A stretch of DNA of 64,000 nt from Planctomycetota bacterium (lineage in GTDB: Bacteria; Planctomycetota; SZUA-567; H5-PLA8). The DNA lies in contig JBBRPR010000025.1 in the NCBI GenBank assembly GCA_038227875.1, positions 44,462 to 108,461 on the forward strand. Direction: 5' to 3'. How positions within the stretch are numbered: the stretch's first letter is position 1; each line of letters starts with the position of its first letter. The position numbers and the translations under genes were made by a program. Below the pieces are notes generated by a model. The model was not told the origin of the DNA and ran no database searches. It was given only the letters and a program-made list of their open reading frames with translations. Shown one piece after another: positions 10,425-20,491 of the stretch.

Positions 10425-10841
10425 ATGAAGAAGCTCCAACCCAAAGCGGCCGGCAAAGCCGCCTCAAAACTCATCAGCGAAAAGATTGCCGAACTGGGTG
10501 ACTGGCGAGGCGCGACGCTGAAAAAAGTGCGCGAGCTGATCCACGAGGCCGATCCGGAAGTTCTGGAAGAATGGAAGTGGATGGGAACACCAGTCTGGTC
10601 GCATGACGGAGGCATTTGCACGGGTGAGTCGTACAAACAGGTCGTGAAGCTGACCTTCTTCAAGGGTGCGGCGCTGAAGGATCCGGCCAAGCTTTTCAAT
10701 TCCAGCCTCGACGGAAACGTCCGTCGCGCGATCGATATTCGTGAGGGCGAGGAACTTGACGCGACGGCATTCAAAGCGCTTATTCGCGCGGCCATTGCGC
10801 TGAATTCTACGGGCGGCAAGAAACCCGCGAAACGGAGGTGA
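10425..10841 (+). CDS. DUF1801 (YdhG-like) domain protein
   Basis: LGDWRGATL...EEWKWMGTPVWSHDGGICTGESYK...FNSSLDGNVRRAID is typical of DUF1801. Confidence 0.85.
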   Translation: MKKLQPKAAGKAASKLISEKIAELGDWRGATLKKVRELIHEADPEVLEEWKWMGTPVWSHDGGICTGESYKQVVKLTFFKGAALKDPAKLFNSSLDGNVRRAIDIREGEELDATAFKALIRAAIALNSTGGKKPAKRR

Positions 10842-10907
10842 ATTCCTGCGGTTGCTCGGGTGAAAAGTCCGCCAGATAATCCGTCACAAGAAGGACCAAC
10901 GACGCCT

Positions 10908-11732
10908 ATGAATGCTAGTTCACGTAAAATCAAGGTCAACGCCACTCGGCGCCGACCGCACAGCGGGTCCTGTTCTTTGGCGATACCGCCATTCGCCGCA
11001 ACTGTCTGCAAGCTTTTCGAACCGATGGACGATGTTCAGTTCTGGATCAAGGACACAAACGGACGGTACTGCTGGATCAACCGAAGCTTCTTGCTTAACT
11101 ATGGGCTGGAGCATGCGCGGGATGTCCTGGGCAAAACAGACTACGATCTGTCGCCGGCCCACCTGGCCGATCAATATACGCTTGATGACCGCCGGGTGCT
11201 GCGCGGTGAAAGCCTGGCGAAACGCGTTGAACTGGTCGGACGGTACGATCACAGCGCCGGGTGGTCCGTCACACACAAACTGCCGCTGCGCGACGCAAAA
11301 GGAAAGATCGTCGGAACCACAGGTACTTCGCGAGCAATGTCGTCCGCCTCACCTCAGGCGGACGTGCAGGATAGCGGTCTGGCGCGCGCGGTGGCCAGCG
11401 TGCGTCAGGATCCGTCGAAAAACTGGACCAATCGAGAACTGGCAAAGCTGGCCCATCTTTCGGAGCGCGTTTTCGAGCGGCGCTTTCAGCGTGCGTTTCA
11501 CGTTTCTCCCCACGACTATATCCGCCGTTTGCGCGTGAGGTTGGCGTGTCACGCGCTTGTTTATAGTGCAGCTACTCTGGCGCAGGTCGCGTCGGACTTT
11601 GGCTTCTCCGATCAAAGCCACTTCACGCGCGAATTCCGGCGTGAGACGGCCGTTACCCCCGGTGCCTATCGGCGACGCTACGGCGCCGCAAAAACAGCAA
11701 AAGAAGTGTGGCGGTTTTATTCCAAAACCTGA
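10908..11732 (+). CDS. PAS-domain AraC family regulator
   Basis: FWIKDTNGRY...LGKTDYDL...KLPLRDAKGKIVG PAS; FGFSDQSHFTREF AraC motif; start uncertain. Confidence 0.88.
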   Translation: MNASSRKIKVNATRRRPHSGSCSLAIPPFAATVCKLFEPMDDVQFWIKDTNGRYCWINRSFLLNYGLEHARDVLGKTDYDLSPAHLADQYTLDDRRVLRGESLAKRVELVGRYDHSAGWSVTHKLPLRDAKGKIVGTTGTSRAMSSASPQADVQDSGLARAVASVRQDPSKNWTNRELAKLAHLSERVFERRFQRAFHVSPHDYIRRLRVRLACHALVYSAATLAQVASDFGFSDQSHFTREFRRETAVTPGAYRRRYGAAKTAKEVWRFYSKT

Positions 11733-11822
11733 CGGTCTTCATCTATCTCCAAACCACGCTGCCGATCTATAAGGACCGCGTTGAACGCAGACGTCTCTTA
11801 TGGTTTTCCCACAGGAGCAGCC

Positions 11823-12695
11823 ATGAAGATTGGAATCGACAGCTATTGCTACCACCGCTTTTTTGGCGAGGTCTATCCGCAGCAACAACAACCGCCGCGC
11901 CGGATGACACTTGAGAATTTCATCGATCGGGCGAAAGAGCTCGGGGTCAATGGAGTCTCCCTGGAAACCTGCTTCATCACGCGCAAGGACGACGCGGGAT
12001 ATCTGGAGTCCGTGAAGGCACGGCTGGACGCGTACGGGCTCGACCGGGTCTATGCGTGGGGACATCCGGACGGCCTGGAGGGCGGACGGAACCGCGCGGA
12101 ATATCAGAAGATGATCGCCGCCATTCCGCAGGCGCAACGTATTGGCGCAACCGTGATGCGGATCGTTGGGTCGAGTCTGCAGTTCAGATTCGAAGACCAT
12201 CGTGAGCAGATTCGAGGGCTGGTGGCGATGTTGCGTGAAGCGGTCAAAGTCGCTGAGGCGCATGACGTGAAGCTCGCCATCGAGAATCACATCGATTTCA
12301 CCGCTCGCGAAATTCTGCAGATCATCGAAGAGGTGGGATCACCTTACCTGGGCGTGAACTTTGACACCGGCAACTTCGCGCGACTTCTTGACGATCCGAT
12401 CAAGGCGATGGAATTGCTTGCCCGTCATACTCTGGCCACACACGTTAAAGACCTGCGGGTCAACCGCGCAGCCGCTGTCGACGATTGGTACTTCTTTTCA
12501 ACCACGCCCGTTGGCGACGGGTTCATAGACAATCTGCGGCTGGCTCGGCTGTTGAAGCAGGCGGAGTACAAGGGTTTCCTGGCGATGGAATTAGATTTTC
12601 TGCATCCCGACTACACCGATGAAGATGCGGCCGTGGCAGCGAGCGTCGTGGAACTGCGCCGCATCGCCCACCACCTGGCTGAGGAGGTTCGATGA
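11823..12695 (+). CDS. Sugar phosphate isomerase/epimerase (xylose isomerase-like TIM barrel)
   Basis: Metal ligands in AIENH, NFDTGN, THVKD and AME; AGGAG RBS before ATG 11823; ATGA overlap with the next gene. Confidence 0.88.
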   Translation: MKIGIDSYCYHRFFGEVYPQQQQPPRRMTLENFIDRAKELGVNGVSLETCFITRKDDAGYLESVKARLDAYGLDRVYAWGHPDGLEGGRNRAEYQKMIAAIPQAQRIGATVMRIVGSSLQFRFEDHREQIRGLVAMLREAVKVAEAHDVKLAIENHIDFTAREILQIIEEVGSPYLGVNFDTGNFARLLDDPIKAMELLARHTLATHVKDLRVNRAAAVDDWYFFSTTPVGDGFIDNLRLARLLKQAEYKGFLAMELDFLHPDYTDEDAAVAASVVELRRIAHHLAEEVR

Positions 12696-13861
12696 AAACT
12701 CTGAATGTCGCGATGCTGGGCACAAGTTTCATGGGCCGTGCACACAGCAATGCCTGGAGCCAGGTGGGGAAATTTTTCTCGCCCGCCATCCAGCCAGTGT
12801 TGAAAATTGCGTGCGGCACAGACGTGCAACGCGCGCGTGAATTCGCCGGTAAATGGGGGTGGGAAGAGTCCTCGACCGACTGGCGCGAAGTCGTTTCCCG
12901 CAAGGACATCGACATTGTAGACATTTCACTGCCAACGCATCTGCATCATGACGTGGCTGTTGCCGCCGCACGGGCCGGAAAGCATATTTTCTGCGAGAAG
13001 CCAATGGCTCTCTCGGCAGTTCAGGCCAAAAACATGGTGGCCGAGGTGGCGAAGTCGAAGGGTGTCCATTTCATCAATCACAATTACCGCCGTCTGCCGG
13101 CGGTGATGGTTGCCAAGCGGCTGATTGCGGAAGGTAAGTTGGGACGAATTTTTCATTGGCGCGGCGCTTATCAGCAAGATTGGATCATCGATCCGGAATT
13201 TCCGCTGACCTGGCATCTGCGCCAGGAAACCGCCGGCCCGGGACCTCATGCGGATCTGAATTCCCATAGCGTCGATCTGGCCCACTTTCTGATTGGCACC
13301 ATCCGCAGCGTTGCGTGTATGACCACCTCTTTCATTTCTGAGCGCCCGCTGCCTGGCAAAGGCGCGGCCACGTTCAGTGCCGGAAAAGCCAGTGACTCCA
13401 GAGGCAAGGTCACAGTCGAAGACGCTGCGTTGATGATGGTCGAATTCGAGAACGGAGCCATGGGCTCCTTCGAAGCGACGCGATTTGCGAATGGCCGGAA
13501 GAACCGCAATACCTTTGAGATCTACGGCAGCAAGGGGAGCATGTGCTTCGACCTGGAGCGCTTGAATGAATTGTCGTTCTATGATGGGACAAACGAAGCT
13601 GACGAGCGGGGCTTCAGAAACATTCTCGTGACGGAACCGACGCATCCGTATATTCGCCAGTGGTGGCCGCCGGGGCATACCATTGGTTATGAACACACGT
13701 TTGTTCATGCCGTGGCCGATTTTCTAGACGCGATCAGCACGGGCGAAAAAGCCGCGCCCGACTTTCTCGACGGGTTGCGCGTGATGGAAGTGCTCGACGC
13801 CGGCCTGCGTTCGGCCAAAGAAGGTCAGAAGATCAAAATTGAATACTCACGGGAGATTTAA
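12692..13861 (+). CDS. Gfo/Idh/MocA oxidoreductase, levoglucosan dehydrogenase-like
   Basis: GTSFMGRAHS, CEKP, NYRRLPAV, YQQDW, DLNSHSVD, GSFEATR and GYEHTF motifs. Confidence 0.88.
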   Translation: MKTLNVAMLGTSFMGRAHSNAWSQVGKFFSPAIQPVLKIACGTDVQRAREFAGKWGWEESSTDWREVVSRKDIDIVDISLPTHLHHDVAVAAARAGKHIFCEKPMALSAVQAKNMVAEVAKSKGVHFINHNYRRLPAVMVAKRLIAEGKLGRIFHWRGAYQQDWIIDPEFPLTWHLRQETAGPGPHADLNSHSVDLAHFLIGTIRSVACMTTSFISERPLPGKGAATFSAGKASDSRGKVTVEDAALMMVEFENGAMGSFEATRFANGRKNRNTFEIYGSKGSMCFDLERLNELSFYDGTNEADERGFRNILVTEPTHPYIRQWWPPGHTIGYEHTFVHAVADFLDAISTGEKAAPDFLDGLRVMEVLDAGLRSAKEGQKIKIEYSREI

Positions 13862-13863
13862 GC

Positions 13864-14742
13864 ATGACAGGCATCGACGTAGACATCGAGACGTACCACA
13901 AAAACGGGTTTCTTTTAATCGACGTGTTTCCCGAATCGGAAGTCGTCCTGATTCGCGACCAGATCGATGAACTTCTGAATCGCTACAGCCAGACCACGAA
14001 AACGGAGCGCGGTTTCCATTCGTCAGAGAATCAACACGCTGGCGATGCGATCGAGAATTTCCGAGCCAAGACCAAGCACTATTATTTCCATCTCCTGACC
14101 AACGAGCGCTTCCTGCCGATTCAGCACGTATTCCATCGGCCGGAAATCCTGAACACGATTGAACAGATCCTTGGCGCACCGTTGATTATCAACAATGCCT
14201 CACTCTTCGCTGCAGAACCGGGGACGTGCTACAAACTGGGCTGGCATCGCGACGTGATCCAGATTCCGCAGGATGAAATCAACGAGGATGCGATTTACAA
14301 TCCATCGCGCTTTCACAATAGCGTTCAGATCAATCTACCTCTGTACGACGACGAGACGCTCTGGGTCGTTCCAGGCAGCCATCAGCGAAAGAACACAGCT
14401 GATGAAAACACAGCCTTCCGTGGATCGAAGCATTATGCGCCGATTGATGCGGAGATGCCTGGCGGTGTAAATGTGAAGATTCGGCCGGGTCAGGCGGTGC
14501 TCTACAATAACAACCTCATTCACCGCGGTTTCAATGCATGCTTCACGGTGCCGCGTCGTTCCTTGCATATGGGTTATCATTGCGCTTTAAAGCCGCCGAC
14601 CTGGCACTTCTATCTGCTCAACGAGGCCAATTTCACCGATAGCTATCGAGCCAAGATGACCCCGCACGTACGTGCGATGATCGATGCGTATTTTGAGTGC
14701 CGAAAGTCCTATCCGAAAATGGAAGACACTTGGAAATTCTGA
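13864..14742 (+). CDS. Phytanoyl-CoA dioxygenase (PhyH) family Fe/2OG dioxygenase
   Basis: WHRD (HxD), LWVVPGSH and LIHRG distal His. Confidence 0.85.
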   Translation: MTGIDVDIETYHKNGFLLIDVFPESEVVLIRDQIDELLNRYSQTTKTERGFHSSENQHAGDAIENFRAKTKHYYFHLLTNERFLPIQHVFHRPEILNTIEQILGAPLIINNASLFAAEPGTCYKLGWHRDVIQIPQDEINEDAIYNPSRFHNSVQINLPLYDDETLWVVPGSHQRKNTADENTAFRGSKHYAPIDAEMPGGVNVKIRPGQAVLYNNNLIHRGFNACFTVPRRSLHMGYHCALKPPTWHFYLLNEANFTDSYRAKMTPHVRAMIDAYFECRKSYPKMEDTWKF

Positions 14743-14834
14743 ATGGCGCTCGGTCCGAGCCGTCTGCAAATCATCAATTAGAGGAGCGCGCCGGCGTTGC
14801 CACGTCGGCGCGGCTTACTCTTCCTTGGGTTGAA

Positions 14835-15293
14835 TCACGTCGCGTACGTTTTTGTGTATGCGAACGGACCCAGGACCGGTAATCGAAATGCAATTCCGTT
14901 ATAGGCCTTGGACGCCAGTACACACAAAGTCGCAAGCATCGCTAGACCGATCAATGAAAAAAACGGCAGCATCATCGTGGCCAAGGTTGGCATAATTACA
15001 ACCATTGAGAACACAACGATCTGAAGCGCAATCGAAAGCGCCATGCAGACCACCTGCACCATAATCATCTGCATGGCATTGAATTTCACAAACTTCGATT
15101 CAGAGCTCTTGATGAGCAGGATGAGCAGCGGTCCGACCATGAAAAGGGCAGACGCGTTGGCGATCATGCCCCACATCCTTTCGTCCTGCGTCGGCGATTC
15201 GGAAAGTTCAGTATCGCCCCAGACAAGTGGAGCGGGACTCCCAATGTGAACTGGCGGTGGTTCCAATGTCTGTTTGGCATTCTCGTTAAGCAT
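14835..15293 (-). CDS. DUF4870 family membrane protein
   Basis: DERMWGMIAN...GPLLILL...SKFVKFNAMQ...AYNGIAFRLP pattern. Confidence 0.75.
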   Translation of the reverse strand: MLNENAKQTLEPPPVHIGSPAPLVWGDTELSESPTQDERMWGMIANASALFMVGPLLILLIKSSESKFVKFNAMQMIMVQVVCMALSIALQIVVFSMVVIMPTLATMMLPFFSLIGLAMLATLCVLASKAYNGIAFRLPVLGPFAYTKTYAT

Positions 15294-15614
15294 GAGGTAT
15301 CTCCTTTTGGAATGACGTTCACTGCCCGGTCAAATGGCCGAACGATAGATCTACGTCCATAGCCGACCTTCCGTGAGACCCTCAAATCACGCGGCGAACT
15401 TGTTCTTGGCAGGCAGTGCTGCAAAACAAGCGCCATGGATCAATAAATGGAGCGACTCCGGAAGTGTGGGAGCGCGAAAGACTTGAAGCCCGAGCCGGAA
15501 ACTATGGACGGCTGATCTCTCGTGGTATTGGGAACTTTTTTCGCAAGTATCGCTCCCACGCGACGATAGCGGGTCCGCAGATTGAGCTTGCGTTTCGCAC
15601 GGATCTGCATATTA

Positions 15615-15628
15615 TGCCAACGTTGGCA
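15615..15628. promoter_or_regulatory. LacI-type operator palindrome upstream of the LacI gene
   Basis: Perfect palindrome TGCCAACGTTGGCA with central CG; identical copy at 16659-16672. Confidence 0.75.
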
Positions 15629-15661
15629 CATTTGCTGTGCGGGGCGGCTGGAGCGGTTGAC

Positions 15662-16639
15662 ATGGCGGGCTTGAAGGAAGTAGCTGCTGCGTCCGGAGTG
15701 TCGATCCGTACGGTTATGCGTGCACTATCCGGACAAGGCTACATTGATTCGCAAACGCGCGAGCGAGTGGTCACGCAGGCTCAGCGCCTGGGGTATCGCC
15801 CCAATCTTGCTGCGCGCAGTTTGAAGACGGCCAGAAGTTTTGACATTTCCGTCGTCGCCTGGTCCATGGATGAATTACATATCGCCAAGATCGCAGGCCT
15901 CGAGCAGACCCTGCGTCACGCCGGCTATGCGGTCAATGTGTTGCTGGAAAGTGCCGCGAATACCGGCGGCGATTGGCTTGAAAATGTCCTCCTGCATCGC
16001 CCTGCGGGTGTCGCGCTGTTCTCTTCTTCGCAATTCCACAACGAACAAGCGTTGAGATTGCTGGATTCCAAGTTGCCGTACATCGTTTTCGACGCGCCAA
16101 CCGGGCCGTTGGACAGCGTCCGCATAGATCGTCAACAGGGCGTCTACGAGGCGGTGCTGTACCTCGCCGCCACGGGACGTCGCGCAATTGCATACCTGGG
16201 AACGCAAGCCGATCGCTCCCGCCTGGATGGTTACCTGCGAGCGCTGGGACAACTGTCGCGTCGGCCAATCTATATCGAGCAAGCAGAGGGCGATCAGTAC
16301 GCCGCGGGTATTGCCGCGTCGCAGCGGTTTTCGGAATTGCCCAAAGCAAAACGTCCTGATGCGGTTTTGGCCTACGCCGATGAAGTGGGATTGGGGTTCA
16401 TGGCTGGGTTGCATGAACGCGGGATTAGAATTCCAAGTGACGTAGCGGTAATCGGGTTCGACGACCGGCGCGCCGCAGCGCTCAGCTGGCCGCGCCTGAC
16501 CACAGTGGCGCAGCCCAGTCGAGAGTTGGGCATCGCCGCTGCAGAAATACTACTTCGTAAAATCAAGGGTGAAGCTGAGCCATCGACAGGCTGGAGCCGC
16601 ACGATGCCGACGAAGTTGGTGCTGCGGGAATCGGCATAA
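15662..16639 (+). CDS. LacI family transcriptional regulator
   Basis: LKEVAAASGVSIRTVMRAL HTH, LGYRPNLAARSL hinge, IPSDVAVIGFDD and LTTVAQP; GGAG RBS before ATG 15662. Confidence 0.92.
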   Translation: MAGLKEVAAASGVSIRTVMRALSGQGYIDSQTRERVVTQAQRLGYRPNLAARSLKTARSFDISVVAWSMDELHIAKIAGLEQTLRHAGYAVNVLLESAANTGGDWLENVLLHRPAGVALFSSSQFHNEQALRLLDSKLPYIVFDAPTGPLDSVRIDRQQGVYEAVLYLAATGRRAIAYLGTQADRSRLDGYLRALGQLSRRPIYIEQAEGDQYAAGIAASQRFSELPKAKRPDAVLAYADEVGLGFMAGLHERGIRIPSDVAVIGFDDRRAAALSWPRLTTVAQPSRELGIAAAEILLRKIKGEAEPSTGWSRTMPTKLVLRESA

Positions 16640-16658
16640 GCGATTTTTTGAACATTTG

Positions 16659-16672
16659 TGCCAACGTTGGCA
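16659..16672. promoter_or_regulatory. LacI-type operator palindrome overlapping the putative promoter of the downstream oxidoreductase
   Basis: TGCCAACGTTGGCA between TTGAAC (-35-like) and CATAAT (-10-like). Confidence 0.75.
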
Positions 16673-16722
16673 TAATGAGAACAGAAACCTTTCAATTGCA
16701 ATCATGGGAAAAGGAGCGCTCG

Positions 16723-18087
16723 ATGGCACGCAGGAAACGCTTTGTGCAGGTCGGAGTCGGTGGGCGAGCGGGGATGTTTTACGACGCCCTGGCTGGACGC
16801 TTTGCCGAAACGTGTGAACTGCTGGCGATTTGCGACCGCAATGAAGGGCGGCTTAACTTACGCGTACGTCAACTCGCCGAACGCGGTGTTACGGTGCGCG
16901 CTTACATCGCCGAAGAATTCGAACGGATGATCGCGGAAAACAAGCCGGACACGGTGATCGTGACGACGCAGGACTCGTTTCATGATGTGTATCTTTGCCG
17001 CGCGATGGAACTGGGATGCGATGTCATTACCGAAAAACCAATGACCACCGATGCGCAGAAATGCAATCGCATCCTGAATACGCAGCGCCGCACCGGTCGC
17101 AAATGCACAGTTACTTTTAACTATCGCTACTCCCCGCCTCGCACGCAGGTCAAGGATCTGTTGATGAGCGGCGTGATTGGCGACGTGCGCTCGATGGATT
17201 TTCACTGGATGCTCGATACCAGCCACGGCGCGGACTACTTCCGGCGCTGGCATCGTCAGAAAGAAAATTCCGGTGGTCTGATGGTCCATAAGGCCACGCA
17301 TCATTTCGATCTGGCCAACTGGTGGCTCTCGGCCGTTCCAGAAAGTGTCATCGCCACCGGCCGGCGGTCGTTCTACACACCCGAGACAGCCCGCCGCTAT
17401 GGCCTGAACAACCGTGGCGAACGATGTCTGGACTGCGCCGAAGCCGCGCGCTGCCCTTTCCGTCTGGATCTTTCGAGCAATGCCAATCTTCGGACGGTCT
17501 ATTTGGAAAACGAAGCCCACGACGGCTACCAGCGCGACCGCTGTGTCTTCAGCCAAGACATGGATATCGAAGACGAAATGCAGGCCATCGTTCGCTATTC
17601 CAATGGCGCGACGATGTCCTATTCGCTCCACGCGTTCATGCCTTGGGAAGGTTACACCGTCGTGTTCAACGGCACTAAGGGCCGGCTGGAACACACGTGT
17701 CAGGAATCCGTCTACGTCAACGGTGACGGCACGATTCCGGGCCAACTCCGGAACGAAGGCACGCAGATCAAGATCTATCCTCATTTTCAAAATGGGTACG
17801 CGGTCGATATCTGGCAAGCGGAAGGCGGCCACGGCGGCGGCGATGCGCCACTGCTGGACGATTTGTTCAGCCCCAAACCGTCGTTGGATAAATACCTGCG
17901 CGCGGCCGATCAGCGTGCTGGCGCCTACTCCATCTTAACGGGGATCGCGGCCAACCAGTCCATCGCAACGGGTCAGGCGGTGCGCATCGATTCGCTGGTG
18001 AACAACATCGGACTGCCCGAGTATCCACCGATGCCGTTAGCAACCGATCCGCTGCCGTTGCCCAGCGAAGTTGGCGCGCGGGTGTAA
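16723..18087 (+). CDS. Gfo/Idh/MocA oxidoreductase (YteT-like)
   Basis: GVGGRA, TEKPMT, FNYRYSP, HGADYFRRWHR, HKATHHFD and GGHGGGD; AAGGAG RBS. Confidence 0.9.
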   Translation: MARRKRFVQVGVGGRAGMFYDALAGRFAETCELLAICDRNEGRLNLRVRQLAERGVTVRAYIAEEFERMIAENKPDTVIVTTQDSFHDVYLCRAMELGCDVITEKPMTTDAQKCNRILNTQRRTGRKCTVTFNYRYSPPRTQVKDLLMSGVIGDVRSMDFHWMLDTSHGADYFRRWHRQKENSGGLMVHKATHHFDLANWWLSAVPESVIATGRRSFYTPETARRYGLNNRGERCLDCAEAARCPFRLDLSSNANLRTVYLENEAHDGYQRDRCVFSQDMDIEDEMQAIVRYSNGATMSYSLHAFMPWEGYTVVFNGTKGRLEHTCQESVYVNGDGTIPGQLRNEGTQIKIYPHFQNGYAVDIWQAEGGHGGGDAPLLDDLFSPKPSLDKYLRAADQRAGAYSILTGIAANQSIATGQAVRIDSLVNNIGLPEYPPMPLATDPLPLPSEVGARV

Positions 18088-18127
18088 GTCGCAGGGCGAG
18101 CAGACGTGAAATGTCGGACAACACGAG

Positions 18128-18154
18128 ACTCTCCGCAGGTGCGGAGAGTTTTTT
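18128..18154 (+). terminator. Intrinsic terminator
   Basis: ACTCTCCGC-AGGT-GCGGAGAGT stem followed by a T-run. Confidence 0.75.
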
Positions 18155-18290
18155 GTGGGCGCAAGAATTGTAGCGAGTGCAAAATAGTACAATCCCAAGT
18201 CAAATTCGTCATATCGAATGCGGGCAAAACGCTGAAACTTTCGGTGTACTTTCTACGACAGAACTCTTCCCGGTTATTCAAAAGGTAAAG

Positions 18291-20450
18291 ATGATGAGAC
18301 ATCGTGTTCCATGCCATGCTCTGGCATTTGCTATCCTGCTCTTCGTCTCAAATGCCATTTCACGCCAAGTTCCGGCGGAAGAAGGACAGTGGGTGGCACT
18401 GTGGCAGGATGCATACTCAGGCATGCCCAACCCGGGGCTTGACCCGGAACGAGTCGCGGCGGTTCCAGCCGTCGATCGCACGACCGGCGAGGTATATCTG
18501 TCGTTCTGGACATATGGAATCTGGAAAAGCACCGATGAAGGAAAGAGTTTTGTTCGCGTGGACGGAAAAAGTATTTCGGGTGACGGCTGCGGACCCATTC
18601 GCGGCGCGTCGTTCTACATTCATCCCGAGGGCAAGAAGATCGCGGCCTTCAACATGAACAACAACCCGGGCCCGTCCGGGTTCTCAACCGACGGAGGTCA
18701 ATCCTGGACCCGCTTCGAAGCGGTCGGACGTAATTGGGATTTTGGCGCGATCGATTGGGAGAGCCAGTTGGTCTTTGCCGCCCGACACGAATTCGAAGCG
18801 TTGCATATAAGCGCGGACGCCGGAAAAACGTGGACTCAATTGGACCGGGAGCGCTGGCCGGTTTCCGGGCTGGGGGTGGCGGGAAAAAGTCTGCTGCTGG
18901 CCACGGCGGAAGGCATTGAACGGAGCGAGGACAACGGCAAGTCGTGGAAAAAAATTTCAGCGCTTGTCGGTACAGGACCGACTCTGGCCTTCAATGGGAA
19001 GCTCTGGTGGCTCTCAGAGGCTGGGAAGGGTGTGCTGGTCAGCACTGATCAGGGCGCCACATGGGAGATTCAAGGCGTGGCCGCGCCGGGCGCTGTGGAA
19101 CTCGGACCGTTCTTTGGAAAGGACGAGAACCATCTCGTCCTGGTGGGAAACGATGGGTTCTATGAGACGCTGGACGGCTGTAAGACATGGAAACTCGCAG
19201 TGGCCATGCCGCCTGACTTCAAATTGAGCGGCGCGGCGTTCGATCCCGTTCACGATATTTTCTATCTCACCGGTCATCAGCTTCCGGTCATGAAATTTCT
19301 CCGCGGTCGGAAACCGGAATACGTTACGCCATCCGCTGGCGGCGCTAACGGCGCAGAGAGCAGCGCGCCGCGCCCGAAAGCGGAATTCGTCGAGACGCCG
19401 AATTTCAAGACTCGCTGCACGGTCGGCGCGGCCGACGCCGTTCTCGACAACTACCTGTTTGTGACGGGCGAGGACGGCTTCATGATTTTCAGACGCGATC
19501 TTCAATCCGGCAAGCTGACGTTCATCGAGCAGCAACTCGAACTGAAGGCTGGCGGCTTTGCGCTCGTCGCCGCGGGCGGGAGGTTGTACGGCGTAACGCC
19601 GCATGATGGATACCGACGGATGTCGTGGCACGGATTGGGCTGGTTCGAGGTGGATCCTGCGACGGGTCATGCGTTGAAAAAAGGCGTGGTGGAATGTCCC
19701 GCGTCGCGCCAAATGCTCGTGGGTCCTGGGCAGAAAGATCTTTATCTGAAGTCGTGCGGGGGAGAGCAGAACAGGGTTTTCTGGTATCGGATTGGCGACG
19801 ACGGCACGCCGGTGAAATCCGCCGAAGTGGAGGGGAAGGGGATCGGCGCCTCGAATTTCAGCGACTATCCGGGCCTGCTGATTCAGTCGAAAGACGGGAG
19901 GGATCTCTACACCATCTCATCCAAGGACTATTCGATTGCGCAGATTCGGCGCGATCCGACGGGAGCGATTAAGTATGCCGGAGCAACGGATCTGGCAGTG
20001 GTGGCCAAAGCGGCCCCAGAGAACTATGGCTACCAATGGGTGTCGCTGGCCATCAGTCCCGATGGCGTATGGCTCTACGCCAGTGTGCGCAACGGAAAAC
20101 CGACTCATAATTTCTACGGCATCTTCAAACGCGATCCAGAGACAGGCGCGCTGACGTTTCGGGAGACTGTGAACGGCGAACAAGATCCGCTGGCGAACAT
20201 GAAGGGGTGGAACATGCTCTTTTCGCCCAGCGGCACCGGCGGATACTTGGGAAATTTCGCGGGGCCGCTGACGACATTCAATTACGATTCAAAGACGGGG
20301 CACTTGTCGAATGTCCAAGTCGTCAATGAGACCAAGTGGAACGGCACGTCAATCCTGGCGGCGGACACCGAACACGGATTGCTCTACGTCACCGGCCGGG
20401 AATATACTTGGGATCGAATCTTCTCGCTTAAGATCGATAAGGCCAAGTAG
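18291..20450 (+). CDS. Secreted BNR/Asp-box beta-propeller fused to a lactonase-like beta-propeller
   Basis: Asp-boxes STDEGKSF, STDGGQSW, SADAGKTW, SEDNGKSW and STDQGATW; C-half with FRRDLQSGKLTF, ISPDGVWLY and FKRDPETGALTF. Confidence 0.75.
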   Translation: MMRHRVPCHALAFAILLFVSNAISRQVPAEEGQWVALWQDAYSGMPNPGLDPERVAAVPAVDRTTGEVYLSFWTYGIWKSTDEGKSFVRVDGKSISGDGCGPIRGASFYIHPEGKKIAAFNMNNNPGPSGFSTDGGQSWTRFEAVGRNWDFGAIDWESQLVFAARHEFEALHISADAGKTWTQLDRERWPVSGLGVAGKSLLLATAEGIERSEDNGKSWKKISALVGTGPTLAFNGKLWWLSEAGKGVLVSTDQGATWEIQGVAAPGAVELGPFFGKDENHLVLVGNDGFYETLDGCKTWKLAVAMPPDFKLSGAAFDPVHDIFYLTGHQLPVMKFLRGRKPEYVTPSAGGANGAESSAPRPKAEFVETPNFKTRCTVGAADAVLDNYLFVTGEDGFMIFRRDLQSGKLTFIEQQLELKAGGFALVAAGGRLYGVTPHDGYRRMSWHGLGWFEVDPATGHALKKGVVECPASRQMLVGPGQKDLYLKSCGGEQNRVFWYRIGDDGTPVKSAEVEGKGIGASNFSDYPGLLIQSKDGRDLYTISSKDYSIAQIRRDPTGAIKYAGATDLAVVAKAAPENYGYQWVSLAISPDGVWLYASVRNGKPTHNFYGIFKRDPETGALTFRETVNGEQDPLANMKGWNMLFSPSGTGGYLGNFAGPLTTFNYDSKTGHLSNVQVVNETKWNGTSILAADTEHGLLYVTGREYTWDRIFSLKIDKAK

Positions 20451-20491
20451 CATCGGATATTTGGATTGAAGCAAGGTCCCTCGCACTCAAT

